Shown here piece after piece: positions 22,952-44,259 of a stretch of DNA of 64,000 nucleotides. Location: positions 704,001-768,000 of the forward strand of contig CAWHXD010000008.1 in NCBI GenBank assembly GCA_963833225.1. The letters are read 5' to 3'. Position 1 is the stretch's first letter; every line of letters begins with the position of its first letter. The DNA comes from an uncultured Chloroflexia bacterium (lineage in GTDB: Bacteria > Chloroflexota > Limnocylindria > Limnocylindrales > CSP1-4). The position numbers and the translations under genes were made by a program. A model generated the notes under the pieces. It did not search any database, had not been told where the DNA came from, and saw only the letters and a program-made list of their open reading frames with translations.

Positions 22952-23236
22952 CTACCGAAGCCCGCCGGACCGGTCGGCGTTCTTGCCGTGCCCGCGGTAC
23001 GTGCGGGTGGGCGCGAACTCGCCGAGCCGGTGCCCGACCATATTTTCCGTGACGTACACCGGCACGTGCTTCCTGCCGTTGTAGACGGCAATCGTGTGGC
23101 CGATGAAGTCCGGGAAGATCACGGACGCGCGCGACCAGGTCTTCAGCACCCGGCGCTCGCTCTTCTTGTTCATCTCCTGCACCCGGGCGAGAAGCCGGTG
23201 CTGGACGAACGGTCCCTTCTTGACCGATCGCGACAT
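22952..23236 (-). CDS. rpsS: 30S ribosomal protein S19
   Basis: [25 protein letters not shown]. Confidence 0.99.
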   Translation of the reverse strand: MSRSVKKGPFVQHRLLARVQEMNKKSERRVLKTWSRASVIFPDFIGHTIAVYNGRKHVPVYVTENMVGHRLGEFAPTRTYRGHGKNADRSGGLR

Positions 23237-23252
23237 GCTCTAGCTCCTCTCC

Positions 23253-24083
<831 letters not shown>

Positions 24084-24085
24084 CC

Positions 24086-24400
24086 CTACACCCCCTCGAA
24101 GAATTCGATCTTCTGGCCGGGGGCCAGGGTGACGATGGCCTTGCGCCAGGACGACGTGTAGCCGGTGATCCGGCCGCGCTTCGTCCCGCGGGTCTTCTCC
24201 TTCGACTTGGTGGTCAGCACGTTGACGGAGACGACAGTCACCTTCTCCTTGCTGTACAGCTCCTCGACGGCGGCCTTGATCTGGACCTTGTTGGCCTTGT
24301 CGTGAACGGCGAACGTGTACTTGCCGCGCCCGGACTCGTCGATCGACTTCTCCGAGATCACGGGGCGCAGGATGACGTCCGCGGCGGTCAGGGCGCTCAC
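24086..24400 (-). CDS. rplW: 50S ribosomal protein L23
   Basis: [25 protein letters not shown]. Confidence 0.98.
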   Translation of the reverse strand: MSALTAADVILRPVISEKSIDESGRGKYTFAVHDKANKVQIKAAVEELYSKEKVTVVSVNVLTTKSKEKTRGTKRGRITGYTSSWRKAIVTLAPGQKIEFFEGV

Positions 24401-25035
24401 GCGTACACCTCCTCCATCCGGGCCAGTGCCGGCTGCTCGATCAGCACCGCGTCCGCGTTGAGCAGGTCCACCACGTTGAGCGAGTCGGCGAGGATGACCG
24501 TGACCGACGGCAGGTTGGCTGCCGAGCGGACGAGCGGCTCGTCCTTGGCCGGGGCCACGACCAGGACACGCCGGTCGTGGCCGTCGCCGGCGCCGAGGGC
24601 CGCGAGCACGCCGGCGAACACCTTGGTCCGCGGCTCGTCGGCCATGCCGAAGGCGTCGATGACGCGGATCGCGTCATCACCGAACTTGGCCGTCAGCGCA
24701 GAGCGCAGCGCGAGGCGGCGCATCTTCTTGGGCAGCTTCTGCTCGTAGGAGCGCGGGTGCGGGCCGAACACGACGCCGCCGCCGCGGAAATGGGGAGCGA
24801 CGCGACTGCCCTGGCGGGCGCGGCCGGTCCCCTTCTGGCGGTACGGCTTGCGGCCGCCGCCGCGGACCTCGCCCCGCGTCTTGGTGGAGCTGGTCCCGAG
24901 CCGGCGTCCGGCCAGCTGGGCGACGACGGCCTGGTGGAGCACGGCCTCGTTGACGGGTGCCGCGAACAGCGTTTCGGCGAGGTCGACGTTGCCGACGGCG
25001 GCGCCGGTTCGATCGTAGAGCGTGGTCTGCGGCAT
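24397..25035 (-). CDS. rplD: 50S ribosomal protein L4
   Basis: [27 protein letters not shown]; ATG at 25035. Confidence 0.99.
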   Translation of the reverse strand: MPQTTLYDRTGAAVGNVDLAETLFAAPVNEAVLHQAVVAQLAGRRLGTSSTKTRGEVRGGGRKPYRQKGTGRARQGSRVAPHFRGGGVVFGPHPRSYEQKLPKKMRRLALRSALTAKFGDDAIRVIDAFGMADEPRTKVFAGVLAALGAGDGHDRRVLVVAPAKDEPLVRSAANLPSVTVILADSLNVVDLLNADAVLIEQPALARMEEVYA

Positions 25036-25037
25036 GG

Positions 25038-25661
25038 TCAGGCCTTCCGGACGAAGGTGAGCGCACCGGGGGCGCCGGGGACCGATCCCTTGACCAGGAT
25101 CAGGTTCCGATCGGCGTCCACGCGGACCACGCGCAGCTTCTTCATGGTGACCCGCTCGTGTCCCATGTGGCCGCCCATCTTGAGGCCCTTGTAGACGCGA
25201 CCGGGGGTGGTGCCGGGGCCGATAGAGCCCGGCCGGCGGTAGTTGTCGGAACCGTGGGTCTTGGGACCGCGCGAGAAGTTGTGGCGCTTCACGGTGCCCG
25301 CGAAGCCCTGGCCCTTCGAAACGCCGGTCACGTCGACCAGCTCTCCCTCGGCGAAGATCTCGCCGACGTTGAGCTGCTGGCCCACGCTGTAGCCGTCGAC
25401 GTCGTCCAGCCGGAACTCGCGGATGTTGCGCACCCGCGGCAGGTCCTTGAGCTGGCCGGCGAGCGGACGGGTGAGCTTCTTGCGCTCGCCCGCACCAACC
25501 TGGACGGCCGTGTAGCCGTCGCGCTCGGCGGTCCGGACACGGGTCACGGTGTTGGGCGTGACCTGGACGACCGAGACGGCGACCATCGTCCCGTCCGGCT
25601 GGAAGAGCTGGGTCATGCCGACCTTGCGGCCGATGAGGCCAATCGTGTGCTGGCTCATCAC
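25038..25661 (-). CDS. rplC: 50S ribosomal protein L3
   Basis: [29 protein letters not shown]. Confidence 0.99.
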   Translation of the reverse strand: MMSQHTIGLIGRKVGMTQLFQPDGTMVAVSVVQVTPNTVTRVRTAERDGYTAVQVGAGERKKLTRPLAGQLKDLPRVRNIREFRLDDVDGYSVGQQLNVGEIFAEGELVDVTGVSKGQGFAGTVKRHNFSRGPKTHGSDNYRRPGSIGPGTTPGRVYKGLKMGGHMGHERVTMKKLRVVRVDADRNLILVKGSVPGAPGALTFVRKA

Positions 25662-25966
25662 ATCTTGATCTCGATGTCGACGCCCGCGGCAAGCGAGAGT
25701 CGCATCAGGGCGTCCACCGTCTTCGAGCTCGGATCCAGGATGTCGATGAGCCGCTTGTGAGTGCGGATCTCGAACTGCTCCCTGGAGTCCTTGTCGATGA
25801 ACGGCGAGCGCAGGACAGTGAACTTCTCGATCCGGGTCGGCAGCGGGACCGGTCCGACCACGTCGGCGCCGGTGCGCTGCGCGGTCTCGACGATCTGGGC
25901 TGCCGACTGGTCGAGCAGCCGGTGGTCGTATGCCTTGAGGCGGATCCGGATCCGCTGCTTCGCCAT
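25658..25966 (-). CDS. rpsJ: 30S ribosomal protein S10
   Basis: [24 protein letters not shown]; ATG at 25966, 4 nt after the tuf stop. Confidence 0.99.
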   Translation of the reverse strand: MAKQRIRIRLKAYDHRLLDQSAAQIVETAQRTGADVVGPVPLPTRIEKFTVLRSPFIDKDSREQFEIRTHKRLIDILDPSSKTVDALMRLSLAAGVDIEIKM

Positions 25967-25970
25967 CTCG

Positions 25971-27167
<1,197 letters not shown>

Positions 27168-27214
27168 CCGGCTGGACTCCCGTACTGCTCGCTCGCGCTG
27201 GGGCGAGCCGACCC

Positions 27215-29290
27215 TTAGACCTTCGACTTGGCGACGAGCTCCGCCGCGAGGCTCGCGGGAACCTCGGCGTAGTGGCTGAGCTCCATGGAATAGCTGGCTC
27301 GACCCTGGGTCATGGACCGCAGGTCCGTGGCGTAGCCGAACATCTCGGCGAGCGGGACCGCGGAGCGGACGACCTGGGTCGTGCCGCGGGGATCCATGCC
27401 CTCGATCAGTCCGCGCCGCTTGTTGAGGTCACCGATGACGTCGCCCATGAACTCCTCGGGCATCGTCACCTCGACCTTCATCATCGGCTCGAGGATGGTC
27501 GGGCTCGCCTTCGAGACCGCGTCCTTGATCGCCAGCGACCCGGCGATCTTGAACGCCATCTCGGACGAGTCCACGTCGTGGTACGAGCCGTCGACGAGCG
27601 TGACCTTGACATCGACCATCGGGACGCTCGCGTAGATGCCCGAATCGAGCGTCTCGCGAATGCCCTGGTCGACTGGCTTGATGTACTCGCGGGGGATCGT
27701 GCCACCCACGATCTTGTCCACGAACTCGTAGCCGCCGCCCTTGGGCAACGGCTCGACGTTGATGACCGCGTGGCCGTACTGGCCCTTGCCGCCGGTCTGG
27801 CGGACGAACCGGCCGTTGCCGACGGCGGCCCTTCGGATCGTCTCGCGATAGGCGACCTGCGGTTTGCCGACGTTGGCGGCGACCTTGAACTCGCGGACCA
27901 TCCGGTCCACGAGCACATCGAGATGCAGCTCGCCCATGCCCGCGATCAGCGTCTGGCCCGACTCCTCGTCCGTCTTGACGCGGAACGTCGGATCCTCCTC
28001 AGCGAGGCGCTGGAGCGCGATCCCGAGCTTGTCCTGGTCGGCCTTGGTCTTGGGCTCGATCGCCACCTCGATGACCGGCTCCGGGAAGGTCATCGACTCG
28101 AGGATGAGGGGGTGGGCAGGATCGGTCAGCGTGTCGCCGGTGAAGGTCTCCTTGAGGCCCACGGCGGCGGCGATATCGCCCGCGTAGACCTCCTCGATCT
28201 CCTCCCGGTGGTTGGCATGCATCTGGAGGATGCGGCCGATGCGCTCCTTGCGACCCTTGGTGGCATTGAGGACATACGAGCCGGATCGCAGGGTGCCGGC
28301 ATAGACCCGGAAGAACGCGAGCTTGCCCACGAACGGGTCGGCCGCGATCTTGAAGGCCAGGGCGCTGAAGCTGGCGCTGTCGTCAGGGCTGACCAGCACC
28401 TCGACGTCGCTGTTGGGCTTGATCCCGTGGATGGCCGGCACATCGAGCGGTGAGGGCAGGTAGTCCACCACGGCGTCGAGCATCGGCTGGACGCCCTTGT
28501 TCTTGAGCGCGGAGCCAGTGAGGATGGGTACCCACACGTACTTGAGGGTGGCGAGCCGGATCCCGCGCTTGATCTCGGCCTCGGTCAGCTCCTCGCCCTC
28601 GAGGTACTTGTGGGCGAGCTCGTCGTCGACGAGCGAGACCGCCTCGAGCAGGTTGTCGCGCCACTTGGCGGCCTCCTCGAGAAGATCCGCCGGGATCTCG
28701 GTGTCGTCGAACGTGCTGCCCAGGTCGTCCCGCCAGATCAGCGCCCGCATGCGGACCAGGTCGATGACGCCCTTGAACGTGTCCTCGATCCCGATCGGCA
28801 GCTGGATCGGCACGGGCTTGACGCCAAGTCGGTCCCGGATCATGTCCACGTCGCGCCAGAAGTTGGCACCCGTGCGGTCAAGCTTGTTGATGAAGCAGAT
28901 CCGCGGCACGCCGTACCGGTCGGCCTGGCGCCAGACGGTCTCGGACTGCGGTTCGACACCGGCGACGCCATCGAACACGACCACGGCCCCATCGAGGACG
29001 CGCAGGCTGCGCTCCACCTCCATGGTGAAGTCCACGTGCCCGGGCGTATCGATAATGTTGATCCGGTGATCGTTCCACGCGCAGGTCGTCGCAGCCGCGG
29101 TGATCGTGATCCCGCGCTCCTGCTCCTGGGGCATCCAGTCCATGGTGGCCGCGCCCTCATGGACCTCACCGATCTTGTAGATCTTCTTGGTGTAGAAGAG
29201 GATCCGCTCGGTGACGGTGGTCTTGCCCGCGTCGATATGCGCAATGATTCCGATGTTCCGCGTTCGTTCGAGCGGAACGGCTCGTGCCAC
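27215..29290 (-). CDS. fusA: Elongation factor G
   Basis: [29 protein letters not shown]. Confidence 0.99.
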   Translation of the reverse strand: MARAVPLERTRNIGIIAHIDAGKTTVTERILFYTKKIYKIGEVHEGAATMDWMPQEQERGITITAAATTCAWNDHRINIIDTPGHVDFTMEVERSLRVLDGAVVVFDGVAGVEPQSETVWRQADRYGVPRICFINKLDRTGANFWRDVDMIRDRLGVKPVPIQLPIGIEDTFKGVIDLVRMRALIWRDDLGSTFDDTEIPADLLEEAAKWRDNLLEAVSLVDDELAHKYLEGEELTEAEIKRGIRLATLKYVWVPILTGSALKNKGVQPMLDAVVDYLPSPLDVPAIHGIKPNSDVEVLVSPDDSASFSALAFKIAADPFVGKLAFFRVYAGTLRSGSYVLNATKGRKERIGRILQMHANHREEIEEVYAGDIAAAVGLKETFTGDTLTDPAHPLILESMTFPEPVIEVAIEPKTKADQDKLGIALQRLAEEDPTFRVKTDEESGQTLIAGMGELHLDVLVDRMVREFKVAANVGKPQVAYRETIRRAAVGNGRFVRQTGGKGQYGHAVINVEPLPKGGGYEFVDKIVGGTIPREYIKPVDQGIRETLDSGIYASVPMVDVKVTLVDGSYHDVDSSEMAFKIAGSLAIKDAVSKASPTILEPMMKVEVTMPEEFMGDVIGDLNKRRGLIEGMDPRGTTQVVRSAVPLAEMFGYATDLRSMTQGRASYSMELSHYAEVPASLAAELVAKSKV

Positions 29291-29320
29291 GGTTGGTCTA
29301 GCTCCTTCTCGCGGGGACGA

Positions 29321-29785
29321 CTACCACTTGAAGTGGCTGAAGGCGCGGTTCGCCTCGGCCATCTTGTGGGTGTCCTCACGCCGCTTCACCGCCGCGCCGA
29401 GGCCATTCATGGCGTCGACGAATTCTGCGGCGAGCTTCTCGCTCATGCTCTTGCCGCTGCGCTTGCGGGCGGACTGGACAAGCCAGCGCACGCCGAGCGA
29501 CATCCGGCGGTCGCCCCGGATCTCCACCGGGACCTGGTAGGTTGCGCCACCGACGCGGCGGGGCTTGACCTCGATGATCGGGGTTGCGTTGCGGAGGGCT
29601 GCCTCGAGCACCTCGAGACCCGGGCGCTTGGCCTGGAACTCGGCGCGTGCGAGCGCCTGGCGCAGGATGCGGTCCGACAGGGTCTGCTTGCCGTCGCGCA
29701 TCAACTTCGCACGGAAATGGTCCGTGACGCGCTTCGGCTCGCCCTGGTACTTGGCCTTGCGGGGGATCGACTGACGACGCGGCAT
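29321..29785 (-). CDS. rpsG: 30S ribosomal protein S7
   Basis: RRVGGATYQVP, HKMAEANRAF; divergent N-terminus. Confidence 0.98.
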   Translation of the reverse strand: MPRRQSIPRKAKYQGEPKRVTDHFRAKLMRDGKQTLSDRILRQALARAEFQAKRPGLEVLEAALRNATPIIEVKPRRVGGATYQVPVEIRGDRRMSLGVRWLVQSARKRSGKSMSEKLAAEFVDAMNGLGAAVKRREDTHKMAEANRAFSHFKW

Positions 29786-29786
29786 C

Positions 29787-30215
29787 CTACTTCTTCCCGA
29801 TCGCCGGAGTGGCCTTGGCGCCGTACTTGCTGCGGCTCTGCTTGCGGTCCTTCACGCCGGCGGCGTCGAGGGTGCCCCGGATGATGTGGTACTTGACCGA
29901 GGGCAGGTCCTTCACCCGGCCGCCGCGGACCAGGACCACGGAGTGCTCCTGGAGGTTGTGGCCGATGCCGGGGATGTAGGCCGTGACCTCCATCTGGTTG
30001 GTGAGCCGCACGCGCGCGATCTTCCGAAGAGCCGAGTTCGGCTTCTTCGGCGTCATCGTCCGGACCTGCAGGCAGACGCCCCGCTTCTGGGGCGCGCCGG
30101 GAATGGGCACCTGGCGCTGTCGCAGGCTGTTCCAGTTCTTGCGCAGCGCCGGAGCCTTGACCTTGGAGATCTTCGGCTTCCGCCCGTGGCGCACGAGCTG
30201 GCTGATGGTCGGCAC
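29787..30215 (-). CDS. rpsL: 30S ribosomal protein S12
   Basis: [26 protein letters not shown]. Confidence 0.99.
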   Translation of the reverse strand: MPTISQLVRHGRKPKISKVKAPALRKNWNSLRQRQVPIPGAPQKRGVCLQVRTMTPKKPNSALRKIARVRLTNQMEVTAYIPGIGHNLQEHSVVLVRGGRVKDLPSVKYHIIRGTLDAAGVKDRKQSRSKYGAKATPAIGKK

Positions 30216-30373
30216 GGAGACGCGGCTCCTTTCACTCGTTGTGTCTAGTCAGTAGTGGTCGATCCGGCGGTCTACCCGCGCCGGGGGTCCGGCTGAGGAC
30301 CGCTCGGAGCTCGTTCGGGGCCGGATCCCGACGCACACGGCGATCGGGGCCCCCTGCGAGGCCACGGCCGCGA

Positions 30374-30402
30374 AGTGTAACAACTGGCCCAATTTAGTGC
30401 AA
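30374..30402 (-). promoter_or_regulatory. sigma70 promoter of the str/S10/spc operon
   Basis: TTGCAC-N17-TACACT with extended -10 TG, in an AT-rich patch about 160 nt upstream of rpsL. Confidence 0.75.
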
Positions 30403-30427
30403 ACGCCCCGGGCGAGCGCCCGGGGCG
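30401..30427 (-). terminator. Putative intrinsic terminator of rpoBC
   Basis: Perfect inverted repeat CGCCCCGGGCG/CGCCCGGGGCG followed by TTT, about 27 nt after the rpoC stop; U-tract is short. Confidence 0.5.
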
Positions 30428-30454
30428 CCTGGGCAGGGTGGGTGGTGGTCGGTG

Positions 30455-34990
<4,536 letters not shown>

Positions 34991-35096
34991 CGGTCTCCTC
35001 CGTGCCACCACGGCCAGATGGCACGTTCGTTGCGGTCATGGAGGGGGGACCGGGCCGGCCGGACGCCGATCCCCCTCCGTGCGGGTGTGCGGGTGA

Positions 35097-38573
<3,477 letters not shown>

Positions 38574-38633
38574 GAAGGACGACTCCTTGTCGGAGTGGGA
38601 AGAGGGGGGGGCAGCCGCGCTCACAGAAGGAGT

Positions 38634-38661
38634 AGGATACCGCGATCCCGATCGATGTCAA
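38634..38661 (-). promoter_or_regulatory. sigma70 promoter of rpoBC
   Basis: TTGACA-N16-TATCCT; a second -10-like TATGCT lies just upstream. Confidence 0.7.
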
Positions 38662-38859
38662 CTGCCGAGCATACCGGCACGAGCCGAGGCGTGGAGGCCA
38701 TGGCTTGGGGGGCTGCCCTGGGGCGCCGGCTCAACCGGCGGTGATCGGTGACGGCGAACGACATCCGTGCGTCGGTGGCCGGCAGCTGCCGGCCACGACG
38801 CGGCGGAGGCCCCTGCGCGGCGGCCGGGCCGAAGCCTGGCCGCCGACTGCCGGGCGATC

Positions 38860-39249
38860 CTACTTGATCTCGACCTTGCCGCCCTGCTCCTCGAGCGCGG
38901 CCTTGATCTTCTCGGCCTCGTCCTTGGTGACGCCCTCCTTGACGGCCTTGGGGGCGGCATCGACGAGATCCTTGGCCTCCTTGAGGCCAAGGCCGGTGAG
39001 CTCGCGGACGACCTTGATGACCGGGATCTTGTTGGGGCCGATCTCGGTCAGGGTCGCGGTGAACTCGGTCTGCTCCTCCTCGGCGGCGGCAACCGGTGCG
39101 GCTGCGGCCGGGGCGGCGCCGACGGCGGCCGCCGGGGCGGCGGCAGTGACGCCGAAGCGATCCTCGAACTTCTTCTTGAAGTCCGAGAGCTCGAGGACGG
39201 TCATCTGCTCGAAAGCCTCGAGCAGCTGGTCGGGGGTCAGCGTGGCCAT
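38860..39249 (-). CDS. rplL: 50S ribosomal protein L7/L12
   Basis: Ala hinge, [20 protein letters not shown]. Confidence 0.99.
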   Translation of the reverse strand: MATLTPDQLLEAFEQMTVLELSDFKKKFEDRFGVTAAAPAAAVGAAPAAAAPVAAAEEEQTEFTATLTEIGPNKIPVIKVVRELTGLGLKEAKDLVDAAPKAVKEGVTKDEAEKIKAALEEQGGKVEIK

Positions 39250-39312
39250 TGGGGTTCTACTCCTGGTGTCGTGTGGGCGCCGTACGGGCGCGGGTTGGTC
39301 TCGAGGTGGGGA

Positions 39313-39843
39313 TCAGGCCGCGGCGCCATCGCGCTTGGCGATCAGCGCGTCGACCAGGCCGGCGACGTCCCGCAGCGGGGCATCGAACAGGCCGGCCGTC
39401 ATCGACATCGGGGCGACGATCGCTCCCAGCGCCTCGGCGAGGAGGGCCTCGCGCGACGGCAGGGTGGCGAGCCTGGCAATGTCATTGGCATCGATCGCGC
39501 GGGAACCCAGCACGCCACCCGTGATCTTCACGATCTTGGCGTACGGGCGAGTCGCGTCGAGCACCGCCCTGGCCGTCGCCGACTCATCGTTCCCGAAGGC
39601 GATTGCCGACGGGCCGAGGAGGAGCGGGGTCAGGGCGTCCGCCGCAGCGTTGTCCTGCGCAGCGATCCGCATGAGGCGGTTCTTGACGACCCGGTAGGTC
39701 ACGTTCTGCTTGCGCAGCGCGCGCCGGATCTCGGTGATCTCCTTCACCTTGAGGCCGCGATATTCGGAGACGATCATGGTGCGGTTCGCGTCCAGCTCGG
39801 CGCGCAGCGCCTCGATCGTCTCGCGCTTGGCCTCGGTCGGCAT
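39313..39843 (-). CDS. rplJ: 50S ribosomal protein L10
   Basis: EYRGL, VVKNRL, LATLPSRE; ATG at 39843. Confidence 0.97.
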   Translation of the reverse strand: MPTEAKRETIEALRAELDANRTMIVSEYRGLKVKEITEIRRALRKQNVTYRVVKNRLMRIAAQDNAAADALTPLLLGPSAIAFGNDESATARAVLDATRPYAKIVKITGGVLGSRAIDANDIARLATLPSREALLAEALGAIVAPMSMTAGLFDAPLRDVAGLVDALIAKRDGAAA

Positions 39844-39982
39844 CGAGCCTCTTTGACCTCCGTGCTCCTGCGCGCAACCGGCGCGCGGCGGTGGGTGCGC
39901 ACGGCCTTGTGGCCGATTGACCCCTGCGACGGGCCACGTGGCGAGCAGGGGGCGCGTCCCACCCGGAGGAGGGGCGATGTCC

Positions 39983-40122
39983 TGCCTCGGCGTGCTCGCC
40001 GTCGTCCCCTGCCCTCCCCCATGCCGGGGGCTGACTGGTCCGGTCCGGCGGATCAAGCCCCGGGCGTCAGCCCGGCCTCATGGCCGGCGATGGCGTCCTG
40101 CGGGCGCAGGCTGTCTGCGGCG
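39983..40122 (-). promoter_or_regulatory. L10 leader (L10/L12 autoregulatory RNA)
   Basis: Minus strand GCCGCAGACAGCCTGC ... GCACGCCGAGGC matches the ccgNagacag...ccgagg core of L10 leaders, upstream of rplJ. Confidence 0.6.
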
Positions 40123-40230
40123 ATCCGTCTGTGTTGATCCGGCGCTCGTCTCTCGACGGCGTCGTGCATGTCATGCGCCGCGCGGTCGCGACTTGGCGTC
40201 GCGCTGCCCGGCGGCGGCCGATGATACCGC

Positions 40231-40938
40231 CTAGGCCTGCGCCTCGGCGAGGATGCCCGGGATGTCCACCCGGATGCCGGGGCCCATGGTGGTGGCGATC
40301 GTGAGCGTGCGCAGGTACGTGCCCTTGGCCCCGCTCGGCTTGGCGCGGTTCACGGCATCGACCAGCATGGCCAGGTTCTCGAGCAGCTGCTGCTCCTCGA
40401 ACGACGCTTTGCCCACGGGAACGTGCACGATCGCGCCCTTGTCCACCTTGAACTCGACGCGGCCGCCCTTGACCTCCTTGACCGCCCGCTCGATGTCGAA
40501 CGTCACGGTGCCCGCCTTGGGGTTGGGCATCAGTCCGCGACGGCCGAGGATGCGGCCGAGTCGGCCGACCTGGCCCATCGTGTCCGGGGTGGCGATCGCC
40601 ACGTCGAACTCGAGCCAGCCGGCCTCGATCTTCTTCACCAGGTCCTCGGCGCCCACCTCGTCCGCACCGGCATGGAGCGCCTCCTGGGCCTTCTCACCCT
40701 GGGCGAACACGGCGACCCGGACGATCTTGCCGGTGCCGTGCGGCAGGACCACGGTGCCACGCACCATCTGATCGGCATGGCGCGGGTCCACGCCGAGGCG
40801 CAGGTGGGCCTCGACCGACGGGTCGAACTTGACGGTGGAGGTCTCCTTGGCGAGGGCGACGGCCTCGGCGGGCGGGTACGCGCGCGTACGGTCGACGAGC
40901 TTCGCGAGGTCCTGGTAGCGCTTGCCGTGTGCGGCCAT
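40231..40938 (-). CDS. rplA: 50S ribosomal protein L1
   Basis: [31 protein letters not shown]. Confidence 0.99.
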   Translation of the reverse strand: MAAHGKRYQDLAKLVDRTRAYPPAEAVALAKETSTVKFDPSVEAHLRLGVDPRHADQMVRGTVVLPHGTGKIVRVAVFAQGEKAQEALHAGADEVGAEDLVKKIEAGWLEFDVAIATPDTMGQVGRLGRILGRRGLMPNPKAGTVTFDIERAVKEVKGGRVEFKVDKGAIVHVPVGKASFEEQQLLENLAMLVDAVNRAKPSGAKGTYLRTLTIATTMGPGIRVDIPGILAEAQA

Positions 40939-40982
40939 GTCGATTGCTCCTTCGGTCCGTTCGTGGACCTGCCCCTGGGAAT

Positions 40983-41013
40983 GGCGTCCGGTCCGGGGTC
41001 CCTCCCGGACGCC
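40983..41013 (-). promoter_or_regulatory. Putative L1-binding autoregulatory hairpin (rplK-rplA gap)
   Basis: GGCGTCC-GGGAGG-gacc-CCGGA-CCGGACGCC: a stem with a GGGAG internal loop resembling L1 mRNA sites. Confidence 0.5.
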
Positions 41014-41022
41014 GGTCGGAAC

Positions 41023-41448
41023 CTAGCCGACCACCTCGATGCCCATGCTCCTCGCGGTGCCCTCGATGACCTTCATGCCGGCGTCGATGTCGTTGACGTT
41101 GAGGTCCGGCATCTTGATCTCGGCGATCTGGCGGACCTGGTCGCGAGTCACCTTTCCGACGGTCGCGCGCTTGGGCGTCCCGGAACCCTTGTCGACACCC
41201 GCGGCCTTGCGCAGCAGGTCCGGCGCGGGTGGTGTCTTGAGGATGAAGGTGAACGAGCGATCCTCGAACACCGTGATCTGCGCGGGGATGATCTGGCCGG
41301 CCTTGTCGGCGGTCTTCTCGTTGTAGGACTTGGTGAACTCGACGATGTTGATGCCGTGAGGTCCCAGCGCGGTCCCGACAGGCGGGGCGGGTGTCGCCTT
41401 GCCGGCCGGCAACTGCAGCGTGAGGACGATTCGGATCTTCTTGGCCAC
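41023..41448 (-). CDS. rplK: 50S ribosomal protein L11
   Basis: [24 protein letters not shown]. Confidence 0.99.
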   Translation of the reverse strand: MAKKIRIVLTLQLPAGKATPAPPVGTALGPHGINIVEFTKSYNEKTADKAGQIIPAQITVFEDRSFTFILKTPPAPDLLRKAAGVDKGSGTPKRATVGKVTRDQVRQIAEIKMPDLNVNDIDAGMKVIEGTARSMGIEVVG

Positions 41449-41469
41449 GGTGTTGCTCGCTCCCTGCCT

Positions 41470-42042
41470 CTACAGCTTCTCGACCTGGAGGAAGTCGAGC
41501 TCGACCGGGGTCTCCCGGCCGAAGATGCTCACGAGGACCTTCAGCTTGTTGCGCTCGGGGTTGACCTCGTCCACGGTGCCGATGAACTCCGCGAACGGCC
41601 CGTCGGTGACGCGCACGCTCTGGCCCTTGGTGAACGCGACCCGGAACTTGGGCGTCTCCACGCCCATGTGCCGGAGGATCTGCTTGACCTCGGTCTCGTC
41701 GAGCGGGATCGGCTCGCTGCGCATCCCGGGGATGTTGCCGCTGCCGACGAAGCTCGTGACGCCCGGGGTGTTCCGGACGACGAACCAGGACTCGGGGTCC
41801 AGGATCATCTCGACCAGCACGTAGCCCGGGTACACCTTCTTCTGGACGGTGTGCCGCTGGCCCTGCCGGATCTCGATCTCGTCCTCCATCGGGACGAGGA
41901 CCTGGAAGATCTTGTCCTCCATGCCCATCGACTCGATGCGGTGCTCGAGGTTGGCCTTGACCTTGTTCTCGTAGCCGGAGTACGTGTGGATCACGTACCA
42001 GCGCTTCTCGGGCGCCCGGGTGACGGTCAGCTGCTCGGTCAT
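41470..42042 (-). CDS. nusG: Transcription factor NusG
   Basis: [39 protein letters not shown]. Confidence 0.99.
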   Translation of the reverse strand: MTEQLTVTRAPEKRWYVIHTYSGYENKVKANLEHRIESMGMEDKIFQVLVPMEDEIEIRQGQRHTVQKKVYPGYVLVEMILDPESWFVVRNTPGVTSFVGSGNIPGMRSEPIPLDETEVKQILRHMGVETPKFRVAFTKGQSVRVTDGPFAEFIGTVDEVNPERNKLKVLVSIFGRETPVELDFLQVEKL

Positions 42043-42230
42043 GCGTTCAGACCGGCAAGGAACGTGACCAGGATCGTGTACGCCTGGTCGGCCACGGTGA
42101 TGTAGACACCGACCACGAACGAGATCACGAACACCAGGACCGTCAGGTTGCGTACCTGGACCCGGTTTGGCCACGAGACCTTCTTGAGCTCGGACCACAA
42201 TTCCTTGATGAACTGGCGAATTCGACTCAC
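42039..42230 (-). CDS. secE: Preprotein translocase SecE
   Basis: ELKKVSWP plus a single TM helix. Confidence 0.96.
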   Translation of the reverse strand: MSRIRQFIKELWSELKKVSWPNRVQVRNLTVLVFVISFVVGVYITVADQAYTILVTFLAGLNA

Positions 42231-42317
42231 GGTTGCCTTTTCAGCGCTCTGGGATTCCTGCTGCCAGACCCTCCGGCGGCCGAGGCGACGCTTCCACGAG
42301 CCATCGGCCGGAGGATG

Positions 42318-42393
42318 TGGCAGGGGCGATAGGACTCGAACCTACAACCCCCGGTTTTGGAGACCGGTGCTCTGCCAATTGAGCTACACCCCT
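42318..42393 (-). tRNA. tRNA-Trp(CCA)
   Basis: Cloverleaf; anticodon arm CCGGT-CTCCAAA-ACCGG; GTTCGA T-loop; encoded CCA. Confidence 0.97.
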
Positions 42394-42410
42394 GCGGAGG
42401 TCCTTCCGGG

Positions 42411-42575
42411 CTATTTCGCCTCCCGATGCAGCGTATGGCGGCGCTCACGGGGGCAGTACTTGAGCAGCTCGATCCGGTTGGGATCGTTCTTCTTGTTCTT
42501 GCGTGTCGTGTAATTGCGCTGCTTGCACTCGGTGCACGCGAGCTGGATCACCGGACGCGCGTCGACTCTGGCCAT
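42411..42575 (-). CDS. rpmG: 50S ribosomal protein L33
   Basis: Manual translation [54 protein letters not shown]. Confidence 0.97.
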   Translation of the reverse strand: MARVDARPVIQLACTECKQRNYTTRKNKKNDPNRIELLKYCPRERRHTLHREAK

Positions 42576-42584
42576 GGCCTCTCG

Positions 42585-43781
<1,197 letters not shown>

Positions 43782-43847
43782 AGGACCCTTCACACTCCAT
43801 GGCTGGGGCGGCGCTGGCCGCCGGGACGGACCGGGATCGGCGAGAGA

Positions 43848-43923
43848 TGGAGCCCAGAACGGGATTCGAACCCGTGACCTCATCCTTACCAAGGATGTGC
43901 TCTGCCAGCTGAGCTATCTGGGC
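43848..43923 (-). tRNA. tRNA-Thr(GGT)
   Basis: Anticodon arm CATCC-TTGGTAA-GGATG; encoded CCA. Confidence 0.97.
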
Positions 43924-43973
43924 CCGCGGTGGACGCTACCCTGGAGGTGCGCCCATGGACCGTTTCTTGCTGG

Positions 43974-44049
43974 TGGAGCCGACGACGGGACTCGAACCCG
44001 GAACCGGCGGTTTACAAAACCGCTGCTCTACCAATTGAGCTACGTCGGC
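43974..44049 (-). tRNA. tRNA-Thr(TGT)
   Basis: Anticodon arm GCGGT-TTTGTAA-ACCGC; encoded CCA. Confidence 0.97.
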
Positions 44050-44093
44050 ACGCGCGCATAGTCAAACAAGAGGAGGACTCCGCGAGCCGAGGA

Positions 44094-44122
44094 ATGATAC
44101 GTGGCGCCGGATGGGGCGTCAA
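44094..44122 (-). promoter_or_regulatory. sigma70 promoter of the tRNA-Thr-tuf-secE-nusG operon
   Basis: TTGACG-N17-TATCAT about 45 nt upstream of tRNA-Thr(TGT). Confidence 0.8.
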
Positions 44123-44259
44123 ACCTCGGGAAGGGGCCGGTGAGCATCCCGACACCAGTCCCGGCTCGCCGTTCGAGCCCGGCAATTCACGCCCCGAAAC
44201 CGATCCGTGGTCGTGACGCAACGGCGAGGACCCATGATCGCCCGGAGCGCTCCCGGGGT

